From the NCBI RefSeq assembly GCF_009914755.1, contig NC_060934.1: a stretch of DNA of 64,000 nucleotides; one strand, written 5' to 3'. The notes below the pieces were generated by a model that saw nothing but the letters and a program-made list of their open reading frames with translations, had not been told where the DNA came from and searched no databases. Source of the stretch: the human T2T-CHM13v2.0 reference genome, Homo sapiens. The position numbers were made by a program, and so were the translations under genes. Of this stretch, positions 25,064 through 36,510 are shown one piece after another. The stretch's first letter is position 1, and each line of letters opens with the position of its first letter.

Positions 25064-25499
25064 GGTGCATTCATGGCTGTTCTTCACATGAAGGGGTGAG
25101 ATGAAGAAACGGCACTCAAATGACCCAAGGATGCCAGCTCCGGCAAGGCGCACAGAGAGGAGTGGCAGGCACACAGGTGCCCGTCCACAGGACGTCTTCT
25201 GAAGACACTCTGCTTCCTTCTAAGCCTCACCTTCCCTCTTGGCCTTTGCAGCCCGCCCGCCCAGCTCAGCCTCTCTGGCCTGAATACCTGCCTCCTCTAC
25301 CTGCTCCCGGCGCCCCCACTGCCTTGATCTACCTGATACCTACACTGCAGGTGAATTCTCCCTGAAACTTGTGGATCTCACCACCGCCAGCTGTGACCCT
25401 TCACGGACTCCCAACACCCTGAAGATATAGGACAGGGATCAGCACAGACCCTCTGTGTCTACAGTGACCCCTTCTCTCCTGCCCTTTCCCCATTCATCA

Positions 25500-25665
25500 T
25501 GAGATAGCCCCTCCGACACCAGCCATATCCTGTTTCTGAGCCATGCTCCCTTCCAGCTCTGGCCTTCCTGCAGGCTGTTCCACTGCCTGGAACACACTTC
25601 CACCCTCCTTTCTCCCGAAGCAATTCCCAGTTGTCCTTTGGAGCTGAGTTCACTCTCCTAGTCCC
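25500..25665 (+). mobile_element. L2 fragment
   Basis: ggccttcctgcaggctgttccactgcctggaacacacttcc. Confidence 0.55.
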
Positions 25666-25673
25666 AGACATGG

Positions 25674-26196
25674 CTTCTGTGCCTGTTAGCTAGGTGAGGT
25701 CCACGCAGTGTCTCTCCTCCAGGGGCTTCCGTACCCGTTAGCTAGGCGAGGTCCACGCAGTGTCTCTCCTCCAGGGACTTCCGTGCCCGTTAGCTAGGCG
25801 AGGTCCACGCAGTGTCTCTCCTCCAGGGGCTTCCGTGCCCGTTAGCTAGGCGAGGTCCACGCAGTGTCTCTCCTCCAGGGGCTTCCGTGCCCGTTAGCTA
25901 GGCGAGGTCCACGCAGTGTCTCTCCTCCAGGGGCTTCCGTGCCCGTTAGCTAGGCGAGGTCCACGCAGTGTCTCTCCTCCAGGGGCTTCCGTGCCCGTTA
26001 GCTAGGCGAGGTCCACGCAGTGTCTCTCCTCCAGGGACTTCCGTGCCCGTTAGCTAGGCGAGGTCCACGCAGTGTCTCTCCTCCAGGGGCTTCCGTGCCC
26101 GTTAGCTAGGCGAGGTCCACGCAGTGTCTCTCCTCCAGGGACTTCCGTGCCCGTTAGCTAGGCGAGGTCCACGCAGTGTCTCTCCTCCAGGGACTT
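25674..26196. repeat. 52-bp minisatellite, 10 copies
   Basis: Unit cttccgtgcccgttagctaggcgaggtccacgcagtgtctctcctccaggg(g/a); exact 52-bp period from 25674 to 26194. Confidence 0.98.
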
Positions 26197-27186
26197 GGGT
26201 TTCTCCACTCATCTCTTACTGAACTGGCGATTCAGTGACTGTTCAGTTACTCGATGGCTCCCAAATGATTATTCTCCTGACCCCCACCAGCCCCTGTGGC
26301 CCCCGTGCCTAAGGCAGGACAGCCACGGGCCAACCCTCCCTGCCGCACAAGCCAGAGATGGTGGGGACAGACTCACCTGCTGAACTCTGATGCAGGCAGA
26401 GAGCCGTCACTAGCGATGAAGGATCACTCGTCAAGGCTGAAGAATGTGGAGGCCCTGCCAAAACATTTCCAATTACACATTCATTTATTGATGTTTCTAA
26501 ATAAACGGGTTGTTGAGAAATGTCAAACACACGTCAGTGAGCACAAAATACATCTAGAATCTCTTCCTATTGAGGCTGTGGACACACAGGACAACCTGTT
26601 GAGACCTCTATGGGCACGGTTCTCTCCCGCGGGCTTGCTGGGATGGCTTCGAAGTTGGAGACCATCCACTTGCTTCCCACCTGCGCTGCCCTGTGGGGTG
26701 CTGTGGGAGCCTGGATCTGGCAGGACTGCTCTGGCCAGTGTCCCGGCTGCCAGCGGCTGGGCAGGGAACCCGAAGGAGCCCGGAGCCCCTCCCCCCCCCC
26801 CCGCTCCCTGTGCGTGGCCTCAGCAGCTTGGGGAGGCAGTGGTCGCTCTCCGCTGGGCAGCTCTCTGCTTGATTCACCTGGGTTCTGCTCAGCTGCACCT
26901 GCCTGGGCCCCTGCAGGCCGAGGGCTGGGAAGGCTCTGTGGCATTGCCGGCCGGGGGCTTCCCATCCCATCTGAACTGCCTGGACCCTGCTGTGGCTCTC
27001 CCTACAGACTCCGCATTTGAGGCTCCCCAGTGTCCCCTTGGAGGGCCGAGTTTGTTCCCACTCGGGACCCCGAGGCACAGAACTACCGAAGATCTGTACG
27101 GCCTCCCAGTCTGGGACAGGATGTGCCCTCCCAGGCTTTCAGGTTTCAGCAGGGCCCAAGAAGAGTCCTCTCTGCCTGGGGAATGC

Positions 27187-27317
27187 GATCCTGTCCCAGA
27201 ACCCCAGAGCCTGCCTTCAGGAGGGAGGTGGGCAGGGAAGGGAAAGAGAAAGGGAACATGCAGCCGTCATCAATGTCTGTCCCCTAGACGACCTTGTCAG
27301 GGCCACCTCTAGAGCCC
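27187..27317 (+). repeat. Inverted repeat, left arm (131 bp)
   Basis: Reverse complement of 28020-28151; 7 differences by manual alignment. Confidence 0.97.
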
Positions 27318-28019
27318 GACTGCGGCTGCCTCAGGGAAAAGGGTCTCTTGAAAAGGAGCCTCAGGGAAAGGGTCCCTCGAAAGGCTGCTGGTCCTCGACT
27401 TGCTTCTATCCTCAAGAAATGCATGGAAGGCAGTTTCATTCTCTAAAAAACAATTTTTAAATATTATGAACGCTTCCCTTCAAATTTCAAAGCCGTCTTT
27501 TGTTAGCCTCCGAAAAAAATAATTATCTGTTATTATTAGGGGGCTGAAGGAAGGGACTGGACAAAGAGTAAGCCTGTAGTTATTTAAAAAGGAAAAAGCT
27601 TTCTGCTGAATTGGAAATGGAGATATTCTTTCTGCCCAGGCTTAATTCCAGTTTTGCAGAATGAGAAATAACAAAATTGATTTTTATCTAGATCAGTTGG
27701 GACACCACGTGCCTGGCAGTTGCTCAATTCACTTCCAGAGCAGATTGAGCAGGGCTGTTTTGATTTGTTCTTGCTCTCCTGGATACGGATTTTACTCTGC
27801 AAGATAATGCCATGATCTTCTTAAGGCTTCAAAAGACCATTTCATTTCTCAAGAAATGCATGTCTTGTCCTGCCCCTACCCCCACGCTCTGGATATTATG
27901 ATTACATGCAGACATATATATATATAATCACTGAGCCAAGGTCTAAATTCACCTCTGATTTCTCAGGTATCCAGTTGATTTTATTCTAAGGCTGTGGATG
28001 GGCTGAAGTCCCATCCACA

Positions 28020-28151
28020 GGGCTCTAGAGGTGGCCCTGACAAGGTCGTCTAGGGGACAGACGTTGATGAACTGCTGCATGTTCCCTTTCTCTCTCCCCG
28101 CCCTGCCCACCTCCCCCCTGAAGGCAGGCTCTGGGGTTCTGGGACAGGATC
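28020..28151 (-). repeat. Inverted repeat, right arm (132 bp)
   Basis: gggctctagaggtggccctgacaaggtcgtctagggg...ggttctgggacaggatc is the reverse complement of 27187-27317. Confidence 0.97.
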
Positions 28152-28652
28152 ACTCTTGACTTTGCTGAAGTCAAGAGCTTCAGCCATTCTCTTTGCCCTC
28201 ACTTTGCTCCTCTCACAAGCCCAGCTCCTGCACATGGCAGGGAGCACAGGTCTGCAAAAGCAAGACTGTGCTTACTCAGAAAAGGCTGCACTTACTGCAT
28301 TCCTCCAGGCACACAGGCGGGAGCTGTAATTCTGCTGGCAATGCCCGTCTTTAGACCCCTAAACACAGCACTGGGGTCAGCGAGGGTTAGGGGCCAGGAA
28401 CTTGCAGCCTCCTCCAGAGACAATAGGGATGCACCACCTACCAGGGATTCTCCAGGTTGGAGGGTCCCTCTGCTTGCACCTGTGTTTCTGCTTTCTCTCT
28501 TAGGGAGTCCCGGGTCGTACTCCCTCTGAGCCCAGGTGCCTTCTTGGCTGAGCCACTGTCTGTACCTGTGCCGTTACTGAGACAAAAGGAAAAGTGAAAA
28601 CAGCGATGATGTTTTCAGACCTTTTGAGCATCACAAGCCTTGCAGCGCTCAA

Positions 28653-28890
28653 TCTGTGTGGGGAGAAGTCTCAGTCTGTATGTGGGGAGAAGTCTCAGTC
28701 TACATGTGGGGGAGAAGTCTCTGTCTGTATGTGGGGAGGTCTCAGTTTGTATGTGGGGAGGAGTCTCAGTCTGTATGTGGGGAGGAGTCTCAGTCTGTAT
28801 GTGGGGAGGAGTCTCAGTCTGTATGTGGGGAGGAGTCTCAGTCTGTATGTGGGGAGGAGTCTCAGTCTGTATGTAGGGGAGAAGTCTCAG
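28653..28890. repeat. 24-bp minisatellite, about 10 copies
   Basis: Unit tctgtatgtggggag(g/a)agtctcag. Confidence 0.96.
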
Positions 28891-28959
28891 GCCCCCTGAG
28901 CTGACAGTGATGGTCCCTTCTGACTGGTAGGACTTTGACTCAGTCCAAATTCCTCCACG

Positions 28960-29555
28960 CTGGGTTCCACTGGGAGATGTGTCAAAGACCTATCCCTGGT
29001 ACCTGTGAATACAACCTGGTTTAGATGGGAGGTCTTTGCAGAGGGAATGAAGTTAAGATGCGGCCACAACGGATTAGGGGTTGGTGTCCTTACGAGGAGA
29101 GAGACACACAGGAGAGAAGCCAGGAGACGAGGAGGCAGAGACTGGGGTGATGCAGCTGCAAGCTAAGGAATGCTGAAGATTGCCGGGAGCAGGCGAGCAG
29201 GGGAGCAGGGGAGCAGGGGAGCAGGGGAGCAGGGGAGCAGGGGAAGCAGGGGAGCAGGGGAGCAGGGGAAGCAGGGGAGCAGGGGAGCAGGGGAGCAGGG
29301 GAAGCAGGGGAGCAGGGGAGCAGGGGAGCAGGGGAGCAGGGGAAGCAGGGGAGCAGGGGAGCAGGGGAGCAGGGGAGCAGGGGAGCAGGGGAGCAGGGAA
29401 GCATTCTCTGGTGGGGCCTTCAGAGGATGCACCGCCCCACTGTTGCCTCGATTTCAGACTCCTGGCCTCCTGAATGGGAGCGGATCTCTTTCTGCTGTCC
29501 TGGGCCCCCCAGTTCGTGGTACTCTCCCACAGCAGCCCCAGGGCACTCACGGCCA
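28960..29555 (+). mobile_element. MLT1B/C MaLR LTR with an internal G-rich repeat expansion
   Basis: acctgtgaat, ggtctttgcaga, ggtgtcctta, gaggcagagactggggtgatgcagctgcaagctaaggaatgc, gatttcagactcctggcctcc. Confidence 0.8.
29185..29398. repeat. (GAGCAGGG)n repeat, about 26 units
   Basis: 8-bp unit with occasional 9-bp GGGGAAGCA variants. Confidence 0.97.
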
Positions 29556-30276
29556 AGCTCTGTTTCCACCCTCGGAGAAGGTTTCAGAGCAGCCAAGTTC
29601 CTCCGATGAGCCACGTCCAGACCCTACCCTGACTTTTCCGAACCTTAGGCTCCTGGACAGGAGGGATGAGGAGGAAGCTGCCCATCCCAGCAAGGGCCCA
29701 GTGTGGAAACTGTCCACACTGCACGGATATCCACACTGCCCGCTGGAAGCCAGAATAACCCATGAACCTGAAGCTCTCAAGGCCTCCCAGGTCCCTAGCC
29801 ACCCAAAGCCTGGGAGGGGCTGGCAGTGTGTTCGTGGGGTCACATGTTTTGGGATGTTTCCGAAATATCTCTAAGCTGCAATTTGCTGAGTTGTTTCTTT
29901 CCACTTTGACCTTCCGTGGGTCCTACTTCCCCTCAGGGTGGAAGACTGTGGCGTCCTGCAGGCATGGCTGGGATGCAGCTATGGGGAGGCTGGGCTGGGC
30001 CTCACTGGGTTTCCATTTAGTGGGCTGTATTTATTTATTTAAATGTCACTTCCTGTTGTAGCTGCCATTGCTTGAAATTTTGCAGAGCTAGTTAGAGTCG
30101 GAGCCCGATTCAATCCAAGGCTCCCCTCTGTCCGGCTTAGGTCCCCCAGCTGCGGCGGGCGGCCCTTCTCATGTTGAGCAAAGTGTGAGTGTGAGGAAGG
30201 TACAGGCGCAAGGCACTCAGCCCAGGGCCTGGTGTGACAGGGCTGTGTTCAGTAAACGCCAGTGTGCAATTACAGA

Positions 30277-33200
30277 ACGCACACTCCACACACAGACACC
30301 CCCACCACACTCAACCCATACATACACACTCACACACTCACACACAGACACTCCCACCACACTCAACCCACACACCACATACACACAGACACACATCACA
30401 ACACAAACATACACGCCGACCACACACCCCCTCACACACACAGGCACACTCACAGACACTCCCACCACACTCAACCCACACATACAAACTCACACACTCA
30501 CACACAGACACTCCCACCACCCTCAACCCACACATACAAACTCACACACTCACACACAGACACTCCCACCACCCTCAACCCACACATACAAACTCACACA
30601 CTCACACACAGACACTCCCACCACACTCAACCCACACATACACACTCACACTCACACTACCCACACATACACACACAGACACTCCCACCACACACAACCC
30701 ATGCATAAACACTCATAGACCACATACACAGCACACACCACAAACATACACACCCACCACACTCACCCCCCCACACACAGACACTCCCACCACACTCTAC
30801 CCACACACACACTCATACACCACATACACACCCACACACAACACAAACATACACATCCAATACACATTTCCCCACACACAGACACTCCCATCACACTGAA
30901 TCCACACACACACAACACATACTCACCACACACACAACAGAAACATACACACCCACCACACACTGCCCCCCAAAAACAGACACTCCCACCACACTCTACT
31001 CACACACACACTCACACACCACATACACACCACCCACACACAACACAGACATACACACCCAATACACACTTCCCCCCACACAGACACTCCCACCACACTC
31101 TACCCACACATACACATTCCACACACTCCCACCACACTACTCACACATACACACGGACACTCCCACCACACACAACTCATGCGTACACAATCACAGACCA
31201 CATACACAGCACACACCACAAACATACACACCCACCACACTCACCCCCCACACACACAGACACTCCCACCACACTCTACCCACACACACACTCATACACC
31301 ACATACACACCCACACACAACACAAACATACACATCCAATACACACTTCCCCCACACACAGACACTCCCACCACACTGAACCCACACACACACATACACA
31401 CACTCACACACAGACACTCCCACCACACTCAACCCACACACCACATACACACAGACACACATCACAACACAAACATACACGCCGACCACACTCCCCACAC
31501 ACACACAGGCACACTCACAGACACTCCCACCACACTCAACCCACACATACAAACTCACACACTCACACACAGACACTCCCACCACCCTCAACCCACACAT
31601 ACAAACTCACACACTCACACACAGACACTCCCACCACACTCAACTCACACATACACACTCACACTCACACTACCCACACATACACACACAGACACTCCCA
31701 CCACACACAACCCATGCATAAACACTCATAGACCACATACACAGCACACACCACAAACATACACACCCACCACACTCACCCCCCCACACACAGACACTCC
31801 CACCACACTCTACCCACACACACACTCACACCACATACACACCCACACACAACACAAACATACACATCCAATAGACACTTCCCCCACACACAGACACTCC
31901 CACCACACTGAACCCACACACACACGCAACACATACTCACCACACACACAACAGAAACATACACACCCACCACACACTGCCCCCCAAAAACAGACACTCC
32001 CACCACACTCTACACACACACACACACAGAGACACTCCCACCACACACACTCACACACCACATACACACCCACTCACACACAACACAGACATACACACCC
32101 AATACACACTTCCCCCCACACAGACACTCCCACCACACTCTACCCACACATACACATTCCACACACTCCCACCACACTACTCACACATACACACGGACAC
32201 TCCCACCACACACAACTCATGCGTACACAATCACAGACCACATACACAGCACACACCACAAACATACACACCCACCACACTCACCCCCCACACATAGACA
32301 CTCCCACCACACTCTACCCACACACACACTCATACACCACATACACACCCACACACAACACAAACATACACATCCAATACACACTTCCCCCACACACAGA
32401 CACTCCCACCACACTGAACCCACACACACACACACACCCCGCATACACACCACACACACACAACAGAAACACACACACCCACCACACACTCCCCCCCCCA
32501 CACAGACAGTCCCACCACACTCTACCCACACATACACACTCCACACACTCACAGACACTCCCACCACACTCAACCCACACATACACACACAGACACTCTT
32601 GCCACGCTGTACCCACACACACACAAGACTCCCCCACCACACACAACCCATGCATACACACTCACAGACCACATACACAGCACATGCACGACACATACAC
32701 AACCACCACACACTCCCCACATACACTCACAGACAATCCCAACACACTCTACCCACACACACACACCACATACACACCACCCCCACACAACACAAACATA
32801 CACACCCAATACACACACCCCACACTCAGACACTCCCACCACACTCTACCCACACTTACACATTCACACACACACTCCCAACACACTAGCCACACATACA
32901 CACACACTCACACACAGAATCTCCCCATCACAAAACCCACATATACACACACACTCACTCACCACACACACACCACACACTACACACCCACCACAAATTC
33001 CACCCCACTCACACCACACATCCCCCCCACACTACACGTATAGACCCCCACCACATATACCACACATACACAGTCACATACACCACACACACAAACCACA
33101 CACAAACACCCACCACACACTCACCCACATTCACCACACGCTCCCCTCACATACCACACACACAAACCTACAAACCTACCACACGCTCCCCACACACACC

Positions 33201-33600
33201 AAAAACATACACACCCACCACACACCACACGTACATATGCACCACACACTCCTCCCAACACATAACACACACTCCCACTTCACACAACACACAAACATAC
33301 ACACCTATCACACATTCCCCCACCACACCACACAAGCACGTACACCCCCACCACACACACCCCACACATACAGATACACACCCACCTCACAAATATACAC
33401 ATTCACACACACACACTACACACCCCCACCACACAATCCCCACACAGTCACACTCACACACACACCCATATACATCTCCATATGCCTCATGTATGTCAGG
33501 CGTACACACCTGCATATGCATATATACATACACATAAATACTCCCTATGTCCTGTACTCATAAGGCACACACATTACAAACACACTCACACTCGTATGTG
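30277..33600. repeat. 3.3-kb CA-rich complex minisatellite/low-complexity tract
   Basis: Recurring cacagacactcccaccacactc(a/t)acccacac module, very G-poor + strand, internal ~1-kb duplication. Confidence 0.95.
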
Positions 33601-35394
33601 CATGCTGCACCCACACATGTGTGCACTTCTGTCCTGCGTACCCCGCCAGCCCGTCAGCCCCTCCTGCCCTCCGCTGTCCTCTGCTCCCCTGGCTGCCTTA
33701 TTCGCTGTGCTCCCAGGGCCCCGAGCCCCCATCACCCAGTTTAGGGGCCAGAAGTCCAGTGGGGTCTGTAGACCATGGCTGCTTCAGTCCCTGCCTAGGT
33801 GGCCGGGGGAGGTGGATGCTGGAACAACCCCAGGAACCTAGGGCTCCAATGAGGCTTGGCCCACCCCCTCCCAGAGCCCCTGTGTTTCCAAGGACAATCT
33901 CAAGTCCTCCCTTCCCCTGGGCTGGCCCCAGGCCTCAGTTCCTGTCACCCTCGGCAGCAGCCTCCCTCCCTTCTTCCCTCCCTGCCTGCCCTGCACCCCT
34001 CATCCAGCTGGCCAGTGTCTCCACATGGGCCCTGTACCCAAGTGAGAGCGTCCCCCCATGCCTCGTCCCACTGTGGTCTTGCATCCTCTGTTCAGTGACC
34101 CTCCTTCCCTTGCTCCTCTTGGTCCAGGTTTCCAGGGAGACTGCTGGTTGGCACCGCTGCTATTCTTAGCAGGACTCTTTAAAGGTGCTGAGTCTTACCA
34201 TGCCACCCTGCGGATTTGAGGCCAAATGCTGTAGTCTCCCGGAGGATTGGAGAAAAGGCCCCAAGAGAGGTGTGGTTGTACGCAGCCCTGCTCACTTCGC
34301 GGAGTGGATTTGCGCTCACCTGCAGGTCAGGTGGTCTGGGGAGCTTGGCTTTGCTGCTTTGCTCTGTGGGAGCCGCGAAGGGAAGGCTCCAGGGCCTGAG
34401 TGAAGGGTGCGGAATGGCCCATGAGGGGTCCCATGGGGAGTCCACAAGGGGTGCTCCGGCCAGGCTCCTGTAGGAGGCAGGGTCTGGGCTGAGCAGGTTT
34501 CAGGAGAGGGAGGGGAGTGTGAACAGCAGGTCCCACTTAGAGCTTTCTCGTCCCCAGGGACCTGGAGTCAGAGTGCCCGGCAGCAATCCCTGGGGAGCGT
34601 GCCTCTGGGTCGTAGAATGCCGTCAAGCTCAGCACCTTCCGTGTGTCTCTGCAGCCTGAACCTAATGATTGATACTTTACATTTAGAGTTCACCCCTCTC
34701 ATTTCACCAATGCATCTCCTCATCTATCAAGGGTGGCGTTTGTCACTTCACATCTGTCTGCACTCTCCTGGCCGGCAAGCAACCCTCCTCCTGGGCTGAT
34801 GTAGGTCACCTCATTCTTCCACCAACTCTGAGCCATACGTGGTGTCAAATGACACAAGGAAGCCGGCTGGGGGAGACAGGATGGGGTCTTCTGTTCCAGG
34901 TCCAGCTGGGAGCCCCCATCCCGTCTCCCCTGCACAGTCTGCAGTGCAGGCTCTGTGTGTCACTGTGCTGGCGAGAGGGCAAGAGGCCATGTGGCCTGTG
35001 ATGGCTGCCGCAGCTCCCATGGGTGCACCTGAGGTCCCCAGTGCTATTCAGAGTTCTCCTGGGAATCCACAACAAACCTCATTCCATGGGATCCTTGCTG
35101 ATTCCAGAGGAACTAGACCTGGAGGATATGTTTTCTTCCCATGCACCGATCCTGGGCAGACCCGCGTGTCAGCACCTGAACCACTGGGCACAACCCATGC
35201 ACTGCCCTCCAGCTGTTGTGAGTGCAGTAAAACAGCCAGAAGAACATGAAGCCATTCACAGGCCAGCGGAAGATTGGAAAGTGTGTCACGACTCCCCCAC
35301 TTCCCAAGTGCAGACATGACTTTCCTAAATTCTTTAATAGTCTAAATATTGTTATTGCATACAAACCTTTAACTCATTTTTCAACCATTCTTTA

Positions 35395-35500
35395 CTTAAA
35401 TTATAGTAAAATACACAAACATAATATTTGCTTTTTAGCCATTTTAACATGCATAATTCAGTGACCTTCAGTACACTCACGATTCTGTGGAAACATCCCC
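35395..35500 (-). mobile_element. L1M 3' end fragment
   Basis: aaaatacacaaacataatatttgctttttagccattttaacatgcataattcagtg resembles an L1MA/MB 3' UTR in reverse. Confidence 0.65.
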
Positions 35501-35663
35501 ACTGTCCAGTTCCACCTGAAGTACACTCCTGGTACTGTGGAAACATCCCCACTCTCCAGTTCCACCTTAGGCACACTCATGGTACTGTCGAACCATCCCT
35601 ACTGCCCAGTTCCACCTGAAGTACACTCACGGTACTGTGGAACCATCCCCACTGTCCAGTTCC
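35471..35663. repeat. 50-bp tandem repeat, about 4 copies
   Basis: g(t/c)acactc starts at 35471, 35521, 35571 and 35621. Confidence 0.92.
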
Positions 35664-36009
35664 CAAACCCAACCATTCTTTTAAATCTTACATCAAAATA
35701 TCAGCATCTTTGGAAGCTCAGAAACGTTGGTTGCATCGCTCTCCCTCCCCCACCTCTTATCTGCCCCTCTCACCTGCCACCTGCTCCACTGAGCCCAAGA
35801 TGCTGCTGCTGACACCTGCTCCATTTCCTCCTGGGCTTGAAGCTCATGCTCTCTGAGGTCTCTTCCCAAAACATCTTCACCTTGGTGAGCCTGCCCGTAT
35901 GGTCTTTAAAACCCACATTGAGTTTTTCCTTATTCCTATTCATTTGCTAATTCATCCAGTGATTCAAAACTCCATGCCAATGTTGTCACGCTGGACACAG
36001 AAAGCGTGA

Positions 36010-36510
36010 TGGATTAGTCTAGGTTCTCCAGGGAAACAGAACCAATAGGAAATATGTGTATGTGTGTGTGTGTGTCTGTGTGTGTGTATGTGTGTGTGTT
36101 TGTGAATGCGTGTAGTGAGGGAACTGAGAGACTCACCATAAGGAGCTGACTCATGTTATTATGGAGGCCAACGAGTCCCAAGATCTGCTGTTAGTGAGCT
36201 GGGGACCCAAGAGAGGTGATGGTTTAAGTTTTAGTCCAAGTCTGAATTCAAAGGCAGGAGAAGACCCAGGTCCCAGTCCAAAAAGAGCAAAGAGAAGGCA
36301 TTCTTTCTCAGTCAGGTTTGACTCTGTTTAGGCCATTAGCTGACCGGTGAGGCCCACCCACATGACGGAGGACCCTCTGCTTGACTGGGTCTGCAGACTC
36401 ACGTGTTGATCTCACCCAGAAACACCCTCACAGACACACCCAGAAAATTTTTTGAAAAAATATCTGGCCACTCCATGGGCCAAGTTGACACCAAAGTTAA
36501 CTGTGGCACA
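36010..36510 (-). mobile_element. MLT2 (ERVL) solo LTR with internal (TG)n
   Basis: attagtctaggttctccagggaaacagaaccaatagga, gagtcccaagatctgc, aaacaccctcacagacacacccagaaa, caagttgacaccaaagttaac. Confidence 0.9.

Noticed and set aside
25674-26196. Possible CRISPR-like array
   Set aside because: Head-to-tail units with no unique spacers, in eukaryotic DNA with no cas genes
26296-27312. 338-aa ORF
   Set aside because: GTG start, no recognisable domain, Pro/Gly/Ala-rich as expected by chance in GC-rich DNA
27187-28151. Inverted repeats as the TIRs of a new transposon
   Set aside because: No target-site duplication outside the arms, no transposase remnant in the spacer and no known terminal motif; kept only as an inverted duplication
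29170-29874. Collagen-like GEQGSRGA ORF
   Set aside because: Product of the 8-bp repeat inside an LTR; not a true Gly-X-Y periodicity
30185-33563. His/Thr-rich and Cys/Val-rich ORFs
   Set aside because: Translations of CA/TG low-complexity sequence
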